64,000 nucleotides of DNA. Source: the human T2T-CHM13v2.0 reference genome, Homo sapiens. The position numbers and the translations under genes are program-made. This document shows positions 50,127 to 64,000 of this stretch, one piece after another (within the stretch, counting starts at the first letter, position 1; each line of letters starts with the position of its first letter). Location of the stretch: assembly GCF_009914755.1 (NCBI RefSeq), contig NC_060926.1, one strand, 5' to 3'. Below the pieces are notes generated by a model, which worked only from the letters and a program-made list of their open reading frames with translations, did no database searches and was not told where the DNA came from.

Positions 50127-50993
50127 TCAATACTACTGAGTCAAACAATCTTTAATTGTTGACCTAAATGCTTTTGTCACTATACAATGGCAGTTTAATG
50201 TCAATAGCTATTACCTAGAACTTTTATACTATTCACCAGAGAACTTTCCAAGTTATGTGAACTGGAATGAAATTTCTAGAACAAATATCTGTAACTTGCA
50301 TATTTGGAATAATTAAAGATGACCATTTAAAGTAGCCTTTATTTAGGCCAGTCCATATATACACATTTTATATTTAATCAATGATAACCTACATTAAAAT
50401 GGGATGTATTTTATCATTTTACCTGAGGTAGTAAAACCAACTCACACCACGGCAATGCAGTTGTCTAAATATCACAAAGATGAGTATGGCACTTGCTTTT
50501 ATTTCCTTCAACTTCACGGCTGCTGGCCATGGGAACCCATGATTATGTATAAAGCCTGTTTAAGCAAGCCTGTCAGGCACAATGACCTGATCAATAGTGC
50601 TGGCCCATGAGGAGTCACAAGAGGCAACAAGTTGGAGCAGTAAACTTTGTCCAGCTGACCTTTGTTACTGCCTGCCTTACCTTCTCTTCTGTGCTGAACT
50701 TCCCAACTTCTGTTAGAAGAAATGTATTGATTTTTGTTTTTGAGGTTGGCATTGTTAGAAGCTACTACAAATGGCGGTCTTGTGCATCAAGCAAATGGCA
50801 TAGTCTTAGGGAAAAAAAAATCCATTTTGGTTTTGCCTTTTTAAACCAATTCCTTCTCTCTGAGCAGCCCCCACTCTGACAGACTCAATAATTCAGAAGA
50901 TGCTTCTTTAGTTTTTCCAAGCAATTGTAAGGCAAATCACTTGAGGCCACTCTTCAATATCCTAAATTTGCCCACCTCTTGAAGGAATCACTT

Positions 50994-51129
50994 GATGTGG
51001 TAGTGCATGCCTGTAATCCCAGATGTTTGGGAGGCTGAGGCAGGAGGATCACTTGGCCCAGGAGCCAGGAGTTCAAGATCATCCTGGGAAACACAGTGAG
51101 ATCCCAGACCCAATCTCAAAAAAAAAAAA
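50994..51129 (+). mobile_element. Alu monomer (FLAM-like)
   Basis: Single arm with A tail. Confidence 0.8.
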
Positions 51130-51281
51130 TATATATATATACATATATATATATAAAATATAAAAATATATACAATAATATATATTATATGTTTTATTAT
51201 ATATTATTATAAATATATATTTATATTATATATTTATATATATATTATATATACTTATATATATACATTATATATACATAT
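51130..51281. repeat. (TA)-rich low-complexity tract
   Basis: About 150 bp of interrupted (AT)n. Confidence 0.9.
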
Positions 51282-51394
51282 AAAATCACTCTCTAGTCCT
51301 ACCCAATTCGAGCCTATTGTGTTCCTTATTCTCAGAGCACTTTTGTTTTAGATGTCTATTATATTACTTCTGCATTCCTGGACAGGTTGCTTTC

Positions 51395-51616
51395 AATGAC
51401 CTTGAGTCATTTTGTTGCATGTCTTCTGGAAGCCATCATGCTGAAACAGCAGTAACTGGAGTCTGACTGACATCCCTGGGATGTGTACAATATGTCCCTC
51501 GCCAATGAGACCAAAAGATCTTTCAGGAACTCTGGATATCATTAGAGAAATAGTGTATTTCCCTATCTCTCAGAGACATGCTAATTCATCTTTGCAGAAA
51601 TGCCGATTAATTCATT
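51395..51616 (+). repeat. 222-bp local duplication, copy 1 (probable donor)
   Basis: Aligns without gaps to 56580-56801; 11 mismatches by manual count. Confidence 0.92.
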
Positions 51617-51756
51617 CTTTCATAATTCAGCAACACTGTCCTAGGTAAATAAAAATATATAATTTGTCAAACTGGCAGGAATTCATCCAATATTTTAGTG
51701 GGCACACAGTGGCTGAGGGGTGATTCTTTTTAAATTAAGCACATTACAAAATTACA

Positions 51757-52126
<370 letters not shown>

Positions 52127-52720
52127 TAGTTTGAAATTTAGAATTGTTCAGATAGCAAGATTAGAAATCCAGTTGAATTTTGGAAATGAAAGTGAATATT
52201 GATGATAGTGTTCTATAAATAATAATTTGTCATAATTTGTTGTATTAAAATTACATTTTTCAATGCAATGAACACATATATGTGTGTGAGTGTATATACA
52301 CATACATAGCCTCTGATTGTGATGGACTACATTTCTGGGTTATCTGTTTGCCTCTTGTCTTTCAATATTAACATGGAAAGGGGAATCGCCAGACCATAGG
52401 TGCCTCTTGATATACTGCACCACCTGTTAAGATCTTTTCCCAAAATAACTGAATGAGAATGAAACTAAGCCTCTAGATCTTACAATTCTTACTGAGAAAA
52501 TTGGGGGAACAGAAGAACATGTCAAACAATACCTTGCAGATACAGGAAGACAAATCCAGAATGGCAAATGATCCAGTATATTCAACCATTGATAGTATGA
52601 TAGTATAAAAAAGGAATGGGGTGCTATAATAGATTAAATGAAGCATAAGAGGCATTATAATCAAATATACTATGTGGGTGACATTTTGATTCTAATTTGA
52701 ACAAAGTAACTATAAAATAC

Positions 52721-53016
<296 letters not shown>

Positions 53017-53119
53017 AAAAGGCATTTTTGAGACAACCTGGGAAACCAAACATAGACTTAGTATAATTAAGGAATTGTAATTGTGTTGGGTGTGATAACT
53101 CATACTGGGATTATATTTA

Positions 53120-53275
53120 AAAGAAAGAGAGGAAAGGAAATGAGGACAAGCAAAGAGGGAAGGAGGAAAGGAGAAAAGGAAGGAAGGGAGGAAGGAAGGG
53201 AGAGAGAGAGAAAGGGGAAGAGGGAGGGGGGAACAGGGGAGGGAGAGGAAAAGAAGGATAGAAGGAAGGAAGGAG
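53120..53275. repeat. GA-rich polypurine tract
   Basis: ggaaggaggaaaggagaaaaggaaggaagggagg... Confidence 0.9.
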
Positions 53276-53344
53276 GTCTTTACCTGTGAGAGATACAGAA
53301 TGAAAATATTCAAGAGTGAAAAGAAACGTTTGGAATTTTCTTTA

Positions 53345-53722
<378 letters not shown>

Positions 53723-53911
53723 TCAATGACAGATGAAAATGAATGCCAAAATGCTGTAAACTGTTAAAGCTGGCTGATGGACATATGGGTCCATTATTTT
53801 CTTTCCTTTTATATATCTGAATATTCCCATGTTAAAATGTACAAAATAGAGAGTCAATATTCATTACTCAGTACAATGCTGCCTTCTATCTATCACATGA
53901 TTATAACTTAC

Positions 53912-54314
53912 CTGTTCTAATGGGAGCTTTGAAGTCCAGGTAGCATACAGAAGATTCTTCCTCTGACTTTTAGGGGCATCTCTCAGACGTAAAAAGAGTT
54001 CTTGTGCGTTCACATTACAGAGCTGACACACACCATGTTCAGTTTCAAATACTTTGGCTCTCAGGTAACTGTTATTAGATCGAATCCAAAACTCTTCCTG
54101 ACATTTCAGAGAGCAAAACCGTGAATCCCAAGAGTTCGCTTTACATGCTTGCTTAGTCTGGCAAGTGGGTTGCTGACAGCGAAGGCAAAGTGGATTTCCT
54201 TCATTATCCACAGCTTGCAAATAGCCTTTGGATGTAGAGGGCTTCACAGTGAGATCTGCCTGGACTGTGTATGGATTTAGAAATGGGACACAGGCTCCAT
54301 CTTCAAGAAGTTTT
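53912..54314 (-). CDS. ZRANB3: ZRANB3 coding exon (KLLEDGACVPF...SKLPLEQ), Cys-rich zinc-binding part of the HNH region
   Basis: tgtAG|A; CAG|GTaagt; 403 nt; CLRC, CSLKC and CQLC motifs; ORF 53864..54247. Confidence 0.97.
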
Positions 54315-55039
54315 CTACAATTGATAAAAACACTGAATAGGTAACTAATGAATGATTAGGCTAAATAGTAATTGCTTCATATAAAGGTTATCAAAGTTTC
54401 AATACGGATAAATAGTAAACACAGATCACAGTGTAGAAATAAAATAGTTACAGTCAGCACTCTATATTCCATGCCAAGTAAAGAAGAATGGTGTGTTACA
54501 AAAATTAATTGAATATAAATATGTTGCCTCTCTTGGGAATTAACACAAGGGGATGCCCTTGTGTTAAACGATCTGGAAACATGTGAAACATCTGGAGAAG
54601 CTGTTAGAAAATGCTTCTTCAGGCTGGGAAAGGACAGGCTAATGTAAAACCCCAACCAAAGCTTAGTGGCTACCCTGCTCCTTAAATATATGTGGTCACA
54701 CACCTCATTAGCTCAGAGAGGTAATTACAAACTCTCTCCTCCAGCCTCTGCTAGCTCACAGGAAATAGAGTCACAGCCATAAAGTGACAGAGTGAAATAG
54801 CTGACAGTGCTGATAGGAATTAGAACAGAAGACTTGCTCTTATAGGTAAACGCAGAGTGGATGAAATTAAACATGATAGGATACAAAACATGATAGGATA
54901 TGTGCTCAATTTGTTAGAATAAAAGAAAAGGTACACTACTCAATTTTGTTAGAAAGTCCTACTTGGGAAGTAACAACAGCTGCTTTGTCTGTTTTCCATG
55001 GTTGTTTGTTAGAAGAGTTAAAAGAAAGACTTCTAATTA

Positions 55040-55275
55040 TGGAGCTCAAGATTCGGGGACAGAGCCCAGATTTAACCTCAGGTCTCCTGGCCTCTACCCG
55101 CAAGCCCTGGGGCAGGTTACTTAGTCCACCTGGTCTCAGTGTCCTTCTTCATCTCTAATGTTTAAAATGAGGACACCAGGTACCTCAACAGGTTGCTAGG
55201 ACAACTGAAGAGCTACTATCTTGTGAAAGTTCTTTGTAACCTCTAAAGTGGTCATGCAAAGGTGAGATATTATTA
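55040..55275 (+). mobile_element. MIR
   Basis: gggcaggttacttagtccacctggtctcagtgtccttcttcatctct...aaaatgagga MIR core. Confidence 0.7.
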
Positions 55276-55345
55276 TGAAAATCAATACATAAATGTAAAG
55301 GAGTGGAATTAGTACTACTATATACTAGTAGTAGAAAAACCTTAC

Positions 55346-55456
55346 TTTGTGAAAGGATCCCGTGGCCTGGACTCCTTTGTGATCAGACGGACATGGCCCC
55401 CAACATTCTTCACTTTGTCCATTGAGGCTACGGCAACATCTTCTTTGGTTATGTAT
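55346..55456 (-). CDS. ZRANB3: ZRANB3 coding exon (YITKEDVAVASMDKVKNVGGHVRLITKESRPRDPFT)
   Basis: ttttAG|A; AA|GTaagg; 111 nt; frame joins both neighbours. Confidence 0.95.
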
Positions 55457-56579
55457 CTAAAACAATGATATGTTAAATAGATTCCCTCTATCTCATATAA
55501 AAATGTCTCTATTGCATGTTTACATTGTTCCTTGCAAAAGCAATAGAAGAAAAAGCAAGCACAATTCTATTAACTGTGCTGAAACTCAAGTTAGAAAATG
55601 GAATTTTTACCCTTTATCTTGGTGTCCATTATGTGAGAAATACATCTCTTTGTTCCAAATTAGTTTTCTCAAATTTCTTTTTCTAAGAAATTCAAGAGTC
55701 ATTCAATATCCTTTGGAGCAATTTTCATTTAGGGGAAAAAGGAGTCGGTGTGAGAATAAGAAATGATCAAATACACGCACAACTGACAGCCTTAAGGAAA
55801 CTGCTTGGCAAGCTGTGCAGAAAATCTCTAACTGTATTTTACCTCCCTCTTGGCCTTCCCTTCAAGGCTTCTCCAAATCACCTTAGTCAGTTATAATAGT
55901 GTATCAGTGTTTGGGTAAACTGAGTTTCTTTTTAGTTAACCAGGTTCAATCACATCTTCTGTAATCTCAAGGTTGTTCCCCTTATTATCAGCCCATACAG
56001 GGTTTATGGATTCTTCCACAGAAATAAAGCCACTCTTGATATGGGATTCAGAACCTTATTACCCAACACTAACAATACCACACAATGTTCAGGGACTAGA
56101 AGTAAAGAGAAGTTATTCCCATTAAAGGTGATGGGGGAATTTAAGTTGGTAAAATGCAATTACCTGATTAATTCCTTCTTATTAATTGGCCTAGTTTCTC
56201 TGGTGGTTTACACCTATTGTAGATTTTTTTGGAAATTAGTTTAAACATGAATTTCTTAATATTATTGAGTGCTTCTTAATTAGGCAGCTTGACAATAAAA
56301 TTAAAGTTCAATCACAATGGAATTGTGCAATCGTAGGTAAAATTTTAGAAATTTGCTTTATGTTATTAGGATAGATTTAATAATAAACAGGTTTCCTTTT
56401 TTAATAAACTATTTTATTAATTTTTGATTAGGTGATATAAGCACATGGTTCTAAATTCAAAAGGCAAACAAGCATGTTTATGGTGATGAGAAATTTTCTC
56501 TCTCACTCCCATCTTCCTTTTTCCCCTCCCCAAAAGTTACCTCTGTTGGCAGTTTTGTTTTTATTTTATTTTGACTCAA

Positions 56580-56801
56580 AATGATCTTGAGTCATTTTAT
56601 TGCATGTCTTCTGGAAGCCATCACACTGAGACAGCAGTAACTGGAGTCTGACTGACATCCCTGGGATGTGTACAATACGTCCCTCACCAATTAGACCAAA
56701 AGATCTTTTAGGAACCCTGGATATCATTAGAGAAATAGTGTATTTCCCTATCTCTCAGAGACATGCTAATTCATCTTTGCAGAAATGCTGATTAATTCAT
56801 T
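56580..56801 (+). repeat. 222-bp local duplication, copy 2 (in an Alu tail)
   Basis: About 95% identical to 51395-51616; flanked by (TTTTA)n on both sides. Confidence 0.92.
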
Positions 56802-57106
56802 TTATTTTATTTTATTTTATTTTATTTTTTGAGACAGGGTCTCACTCTGTTGCCCAGGCTGGAGTGCAATGACACTATCTCAGCTCATTGCAACCTCCGC
56901 CTTCTGGTTCAAGCTATTCTCATGCCTCAGCCTCCCGTAGCTGGGATTACGAGCACGCACCACCATGCTTGGCCAATTATTGTATTTTTAGTAGAGATGG
57001 GAATTTGCCATGTTGGCCAGGCTGGTCTCGAACTGGCCTCAATTGATCCGCCTGTCTCAGCCTCCCCAAGTGCTGGAATTACAGGTGTGAGCCACCGTGT
57101 CTGGCT
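56802..57106 (-). mobile_element. Alu
   Basis: Reverse-complement dimer with (TTTTA)n tail. Confidence 0.92.
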
Positions 57107-57113
57107 CATTTTA

Positions 57114-57544
<431 letters not shown>

Positions 57545-57639
57545 TTATTTTTTTCTGAGTATAGGTGTATGCCTTTTATTTACTTACTTTTGCATTTCCA
57601 TTGACATATCATTCACAGAGCATAAAATTCACCAATTTA

Positions 57640-58059
<420 letters not shown>

Positions 58060-58089
58060 TCATTTTTCATTATACCTTTTATTTTTAGA

Positions 58090-58630
58090 AATAAATAATA
58101 GCATAGCATATACACTAATCTTCACCTTGCTCTTTTTACCAAAACATGCTTCTCAGAGATCTTTCCTTATTATCATAGTTTCCCTATTCTTTTTAATGGC
58201 TCCATGTTATTCCATTATATGGATAAACCATATATTTAACCAGTCTCTCATAAATGGACATTTAGGTTGTTTTCATTCTTTGCTATCACAAACAATGCTG
58301 TAATAGATATCGTTATATATGATGTTTTCTACACATTATGTATCTATAGAATAAATCCCCAGAAGTAGAATTCCTTGGTCAAAGGTCTTAGGTGTTTTAA
58401 ATGTGGGTAGATTTTGACAAATTTCTTTCCTCTAAGGTTATACCAGTGTATGTATCCACCAGCAATGAATAAGAGTATCTGTTTCTTCTCTTTCACTAGC
58501 ACAATGTCATTTTTAAGAGTCTCTGCTAATAGTGATAGGCATCTCATCATAGATTTTAAAATTTGCATTCCTATTAAGAGTAAGGGGGAATATCTTTTCA
58601 CATGTTTGCACTCTACTTGCATGTCTTTCT
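58090..58630 (-). mobile_element. Old L1M 3' fragment (donor of the 81-bp insert at 58522-58602)
   Basis: ggacatttaggttgttttcattctttgctatcacaaacaatgctg ... ccaccagcaatgaataagagt; reverse-complement L1M 3' end. Confidence 0.7.
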
Positions 58631-60184
58631 TAGAGCAAAAAGGAAATTAAGCCATCGTGCTCCAGTCTGGGCAGTAGTCGTAGTTAAAGCACAGTAAATT
58701 GTTTTAGAGTTCTTTTACTTGCCCTTTTAGTTCCCAAATTTCCTCCTTCTCTGGCCCCACCTCCAACAATTTCTTCAACCATTTTATTCCCTTGAAAAAT
58801 GCACTTTGGGAAAGTATTTCTGTGAATTCTAAATGAACTCAAAAGCTTCCTAGCTTTGAGGGGCAATGGGATATTAAGCCTTGCCTGAGGTATTATTCAA
58901 TGTTTAAAAGCTTAAAAACCTAATTCAGTAACTAAAAGATGCTGAGAAATCTAGTCAGAGATTTAGAAACTAAAAATAACCTTTTGCTTTCCTACAAGAG
59001 GTTTAAGAATAAATTTTTGGAAACCACAAGAAACAGACGAACAAATTCCAAAAAACGGAGCTGACAACTTTTCAAACGTAGTTGCAAGTTGCCGATACTT
59101 AATTTTCTACTGAGGTTTGCTAGGAAGTTCACCAACTCCCAAAAGGATTATGGTAAATCCCAATTTTAGTAAATAGAGAAGGGAGAATGTTGTCTACTAA
59201 ACAAATTCCTGGATAGGGACGGGAGTGGAAGATGGCAATTTTTGCAAGAAAAGTGTACGTTGCAAAGTGGCCCACATCAATGAACACAATCTTGGGCTCT
59301 GGATTTCTGACCTGCTTTTGAGCTCAGCTGTAACCAGAGATTAAACAATTGGCATCCTAAACATGACAGGGCTCCAAGTGAATTAGGCCTGCCTCTGATA
59401 AATGGGACTCAGTAACCAAAACAGTGGCTGGTAATCTTGGCTACCATTCAAATGTAAAAGTGAGACATTCAAAAGCTGACTGCAAGCTCTGAGCTTGGAT
59501 GGGGCCTGCAAACTGTTGGACATCACTGGCGGATAATCTGGTTGGAGACCTTTATCAATGTTTCTGGGGGAGTGCCCAAAGTCAGTTAACTATAGGTCTT
59601 TTTTCAGAACCATTCAGTACTTTTAAGAGAGAAATCCTCTAACGTCCTGCTTAGGAAGTAAAATGTCGCTGCTGTCAATCTGAAAGCTGTGCAAAAAAGG
59701 GGGTCCGAGGAGTTTCAGTTTTCAATATAATACCTCACTCTTTATCTCTACTGAGCCTGATGTTTCTAAGTCTGGAGACTCTCTGATTCAGTTTCTCTAG
59801 AAAGTAAATTGATAGGACAGTGTCTAACTGATCCTTATACAGACTGCCAGTCAATGCTGTTGTTCAACAGCATATTTCACATTTGCTTTCAGAGATACAT
59901 GGTTATTCCAAATTACTGAGACTTAACTTGGGTTCTGCAGCAAGAATCAGAATGCTTCCCGATAGTATCTCCCTGCTGCAGGTACAGAGGTTTCATTTCA
60001 TGATGCTGCTAAGTTGGTTTCCCTGGAGGCCTCTCTCTCTCTGCCTCTCTATAATCAGTCACCAAGTCTCTAGATATACCTCCTTAAGAGCTCTCTTCAT
60101 TCTCTTTCCTGATTCCCATTGTAATAACTTAATACAGATCCTCATCGTTTTTCTCCAGGTATACTAGAATAGTCTTTTAACTTG

Positions 60185-60739
60185 TGTAGTAGGCAGAATT
60201 TTAAGATACCCTCTAGGATTCCTGTCCCTCCGTTATTTAATCAATCACTAATTTAGATAATGCTATAAAAGGACTTTACAGATATAATTAGATTACTAAT
60301 CAGCTCACTTTAAGATAGGGAGATTACTGAGTGGGCCCAATGTAATCACTTGAGCCCTTAAAAGCAGAAGACGAAGGCAGAGAGATTCCAAGGAGAAAGA
60401 TGTAGTGGTCCATGTGCTAGGACCACAGAGAGGCCTCTAGGAGCTGATGGTCCAGCCGACAGCCAGCAAAAAACAGGAACCTCAGTCCTACAACTGCAAG
60501 GAACTGAGTTCTGCCAACAATGTTAGTGAGCTTGGAGGTGAATTCCTTTCCAAGCTTATCAACTAGAGCCCAGCCAGCCAACACTTTGATTTCTGCCTTG
60601 TAAAATCCAGAGCATTACTAGAAAACTAGTAATAGCCAACTTGGACTTCTTACTTATAGAACTGTGAGATAATAAATGTGTGTTGTTTTAAGCTGCTAAA
60701 TTTGTGGTAATTTGTTATGGCAGCGATAGAAAAATGTAA
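60185..60739 (+). mobile_element. MLT1 (MaLR) LTR
   Basis: tgtagtaggcagaatttt ... ttttaagctgctaaatttgtggtaatttgttatggcagcgatagaaa. Confidence 0.85.
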
Positions 60740-61392
60740 CTTATCTCCCCACTTTGAGTCTTGCCCTTTTTGATCTAATCTCCCAACTGCTGCTAGAGCT
60801 AGCTCTTAAAAATACAAATCTGATTAATCTGCTGCTTGTTAACACAAGTTATATCCTTAATATATTATGTATATATAATTTTATAAATAATATTGTGTCT
60901 GACTTTGGTTTTATGAATTGACTTTTGCTTTTAAATCTGATCAGTCACCTTTCTCAGTTGGTACTTTAAGTGGTCATCCATGTCCGATGGAGAAGAAATA
61001 GTAGGACATGTCCAGAAATAGCTAGAAATTCAGTTATGAAAAGAATTATGATCATGTGAGAAAGAGAAGGTCAACAAAGACTGGTTACAAAAATGAGAAA
61101 GATTGAGAGGACTGGAAGTTTTGGGAAAAATAAAATAGGCATTGTGCTTTTTGATATATGTGTGCGTGTGTGCACTTATGTGTAAGTATGTGTATATATG
61201 TATATAAATATGTAACACATATATTTTAAATGTATTTTTATAGAAAATGACACACGCCCATGGGAAAAAAATCAACTGTTACAGAAGAGTTCAGGCTAAG
61301 AGTCCCAAACTGGCAACTTATGGATAAATTCAATTAGTCAAAGGACTTTACTGTACTCATACAGCATTAATTTACTGTACTCATACAACATT

Positions 61393-62028
61393 TTACATTT
61401 ATTTATTCATTTTGAGACAGGGTCTTGCTTGATCACCCAGGCTGGAGTGCAGTGGCACGATCACAGCTTATCGCAGCCTTGACCTCCTGGGCTCAGGTGA
61501 TCCTCCTGCCTCAGCCTCCCGAATATTTGGGCCTGTGGGCGTGAGCCACCATACCTGGCTATTTTTTTGGGGTTTTGTGGAGATACAGTCTCGCTATGTT
61601 GACCAGTCTCGTCTCAAGCTCTTGACCTCAAGTGATCTTTCCACCTTGGCTTTCCAAAGTGCTAGGATTACAGGTGTGAGCCACCATGGCTAGCCAGTAT
61701 TTTTTTATTTTATTAATTTAATTTTTGTTTTGTTTTATTTTATTTTATTTCTGAGACAAGGTCTCACTCTGTCTCCCAGGCTGAACTGCAGTGGCACAAT
61801 CATGGGTCACTGCAGCCTCGACCTCCAGGGGCTCAGGTGATCCTCCCACCTCAGTCTCCAAAGTAGCTGGGACTACAGGCACCACCATGCCTGGCTAATT
61901 TATCTGTTTTTTGTAGAGATGAGGTTTTGCCATGTTGCCCAGGCTGGTCTTCAGCTCTGGGCTCAAGCAGTCTGTCCTCCTTGGCCTCCCAAAGTTCTGG
62001 AATTACAGGCGTGAGCCACCATGTACCA
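61393..62028 (-). mobile_element. Two tandem AluJ-like elements
   Basis: Two diverged reverse-complement dimers; ccagtatttt at junction and end. Confidence 0.88.
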
Positions 62029-62251
62029 GTATTTTATTTTTAAATCTGAATTTGAATGACTTCAGATGGGTTCCAAATCTGCCAGTTTGACATAGTCTCA
62101 GCCCATATCTCATCCTTTTTTAGTTTTATAACTGACCTCATTCATTCATTTGTGATTCTTGTTTTGTTTTTAGTCAAATGAGTTTGTAATCCTGGCATAA
62201 AGTGTAAAGTCCCTACTACCTCCAGAAATCCTCAAGTTTTATGCCCTAGAG

Positions 62252-62462
62252 CAAGATTTCTCAACAGTGGTAATACAGACATTTTGAAATGGATAATTCT
62301 GTTTTGGGGGGTGCAATCCTGTTCACTGTAGGATTCTCAGCAGCATCCTGGGCCTCTACCCACTAGATACCCCCTAGTCACATCCCTTACTTGAGACAAT
62401 TTAAAATGTCTCCAGACACTACCATCCTACGGGACCAAATTGCTCCAAATTGAAAACCACTG
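62252..62462. mobile_element. MER20 (hAT-Charlie)
   Basis: tttctcaac...ggataattctg...cagcagcatcctgggcctctacccactagat...aaatgtctccagaca...ttgaaaaccactg. Confidence 0.85.
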
Positions 62463-62916
62463 TCCAAGAGAAACCCGTGATAAGAATTTCTAAGGTATCC
62501 TTCTAGACAATTTCTATGTCAGTAATAGCAAGTTGTGCAAATAGTGAAGTTTGTGTCTCCATCCCTTTTTTTTTTTTTACAATTTATATTTACCCTTAAC
62601 AATTTATCACAAGTATTATTCCTTGTTCTTACAAACAAATAAATGTACCATATGCCATATGTTGAAACAGTGGAAAAGATTTTCGCTGTATGGAACTATC
62701 ATAATTTATTTAATCAACCATGTTCTCGGTCCCTTGCTCCCCTCCAACCCCCTGGATTTTTTTCACCTGTGTGCATGGAAAAAGCTAGAGAAAGGAAACC
62801 TCTCTGATAAACTGATGAAATATAAGGATGAAGAGAGATTACAGGTGTATGGAGGCAGCAAGAGCTAAAGGGCTTTCTCTGCCAATGCTGCCATTTGGTT
62901 TATTGCTTTGCCATCT

Positions 62917-63217
62917 GTTTTGTTTTGTTTTGTTTCAGACAGGGTCTTACTCTGTTGCCCAGGCTGGAGCACAGTGGTACAATCTCAGTTCACTGCAGCC
63001 TCAACCTCCCAGGCTGAAGCGATCCTCCGGCCTCAGCCTCCCAAGTAGCTAGAACTATAGGAGTGTGCCACCTGGCTAATTTTTTTTTTTTTTTTTTATA
63101 GAAACAGGGTCTCCCTGTGTTTCCCAGGCTGATCATTGAACTCCTGGGCTCATGCAATCTACCCGCCTTGGCCTCCCAAAGTGTTGGGATTACAGGCATG
63201 AGCCACCGCGCGCAGCC
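62917..63217 (-). mobile_element. AluJ-like
   Basis: Diverged reverse-complement dimer. Confidence 0.9.
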
Positions 63218-63942
63218 TGCAATCTCTTTCAAAAGCAAGGATTGGGCTACAAAACAGCTGATCACTTTTCCTGATAATCCTTGCTTCATGCTAAGAAAAG
63301 AGTTTACAAAGAACAGGGATTTGAGATCACACATGGGGAGACTTGAGTGGGATAAAGATGATTGTGATGACAAGGAAGGAAATCAATGTACAGAGATTAG
63401 AAAGGAACCTGTAATGATAAGGACAAAACAGTCACAAATATCTGACGGTCAACCTTTCCTTTTATTTCATTTCCAATCATGGACATGATTATAGTTATCT
63501 TCCATTACTTGGGTGGTGATGCATTCAAATAGAACCAGCTCCCTTGCTGCACAGCATCATACTCACGCACAGCAGGGCAAAGCAGATGGGGTCCAGAGGC
63601 ATGCTCTGATGTTCTAAGAGTAAAATGTATTCCTGCTGCTAATAAGTGTCCCAGGCTTGGCAGGTCATAGGTTGCACCATCCTGTGACTCTGGTCTTTTT
63701 GTTGATTGATGGGACTCATGGAGAGTAAGATCTGGACAACCTGATCTCTTTTAGCAGATTTTGTCAAATTCACTAGACATATAATTATCTTGTTATGAAA
63801 CAATATGGCTGTGATTTTATGCATAATTTTCTCATAACTCATCAGGATTTCATTAGTGGTTCCAAAAGATGCCTCAGACCCCCCTGTAGAAAGAACCATG
63901 AAAAGTAATATAATACAAAATTTAAAAAAAGACAACTCATAC

Positions 63943-64000
63943 CTTTTGGTGCAATTTTGTTTGGTTTGTTGCTTTGTGATCTCTTCCAAAGCAAGAATTG
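63943..64000 (-). CDS. ZRANB3: ZRANB3 coding exon, truncated by window edge (ILALEEITKQQTKQNCTKR)
   Basis: AAAAG|GTatga donor at 63942-63941; phase 2 joins exon 55456. Confidence 0.92.

Noticed and set aside
55313-55333. 8-bp inverted repeat (tactacta...tagtagta) near a ZRANB3 donor
   Set aside because: Short, AT-rich and low complexity; weak stem.
58980-59880. Non-Alu stretch that looked like a decayed coding or transposase fragment
   Set aside because: The frame I translated has frequent stops, no long ORF is listed, and I recognise no family; needs Dfam/BLASTX.

Overview
Primate (almost certainly human, chr2q21.3) genomic DNA, not microbial. The + strand carries the 3' end of RAB3GAP1: six constitutive coding exons (125-15257), a 21-nt alternative microexon (14169-14189) and a 3'UTR to about 17190. 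The - strand carries the 3' end of ZRANB3: five coding exons (64000 down to 46820) encoding the HNH nuclease region and the C-terminal APIM motif, with a 3'UTR possibly reaching about 43450. The genes converge across about 26 kb of repeat-rich DNA: about 40 Alus, old L1M elements, a MER11 solo LTR, MaLR LTRs, L2/MIR and hAT/Tigger fossils. Almost all supplied ORFs are Alu/L1 artefacts. I see no new gene system. The most unusual structure is in ZRANB3 introns: two non-tandem local duplications (222 bp and 81 bp) pasted into a head-to-head Alu pair only 23 bp apart, plus an intra-Alu tandem duplication. Other items worth checking are a candidate poison exon in ZRANB3, a candidate alternative last exon of RAB3GAP1, and nested insertions with intact TSDs. 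Repeat subfamily names are from recall of consensus sequences and should be confirmed with RepeatMasker/Dfam.
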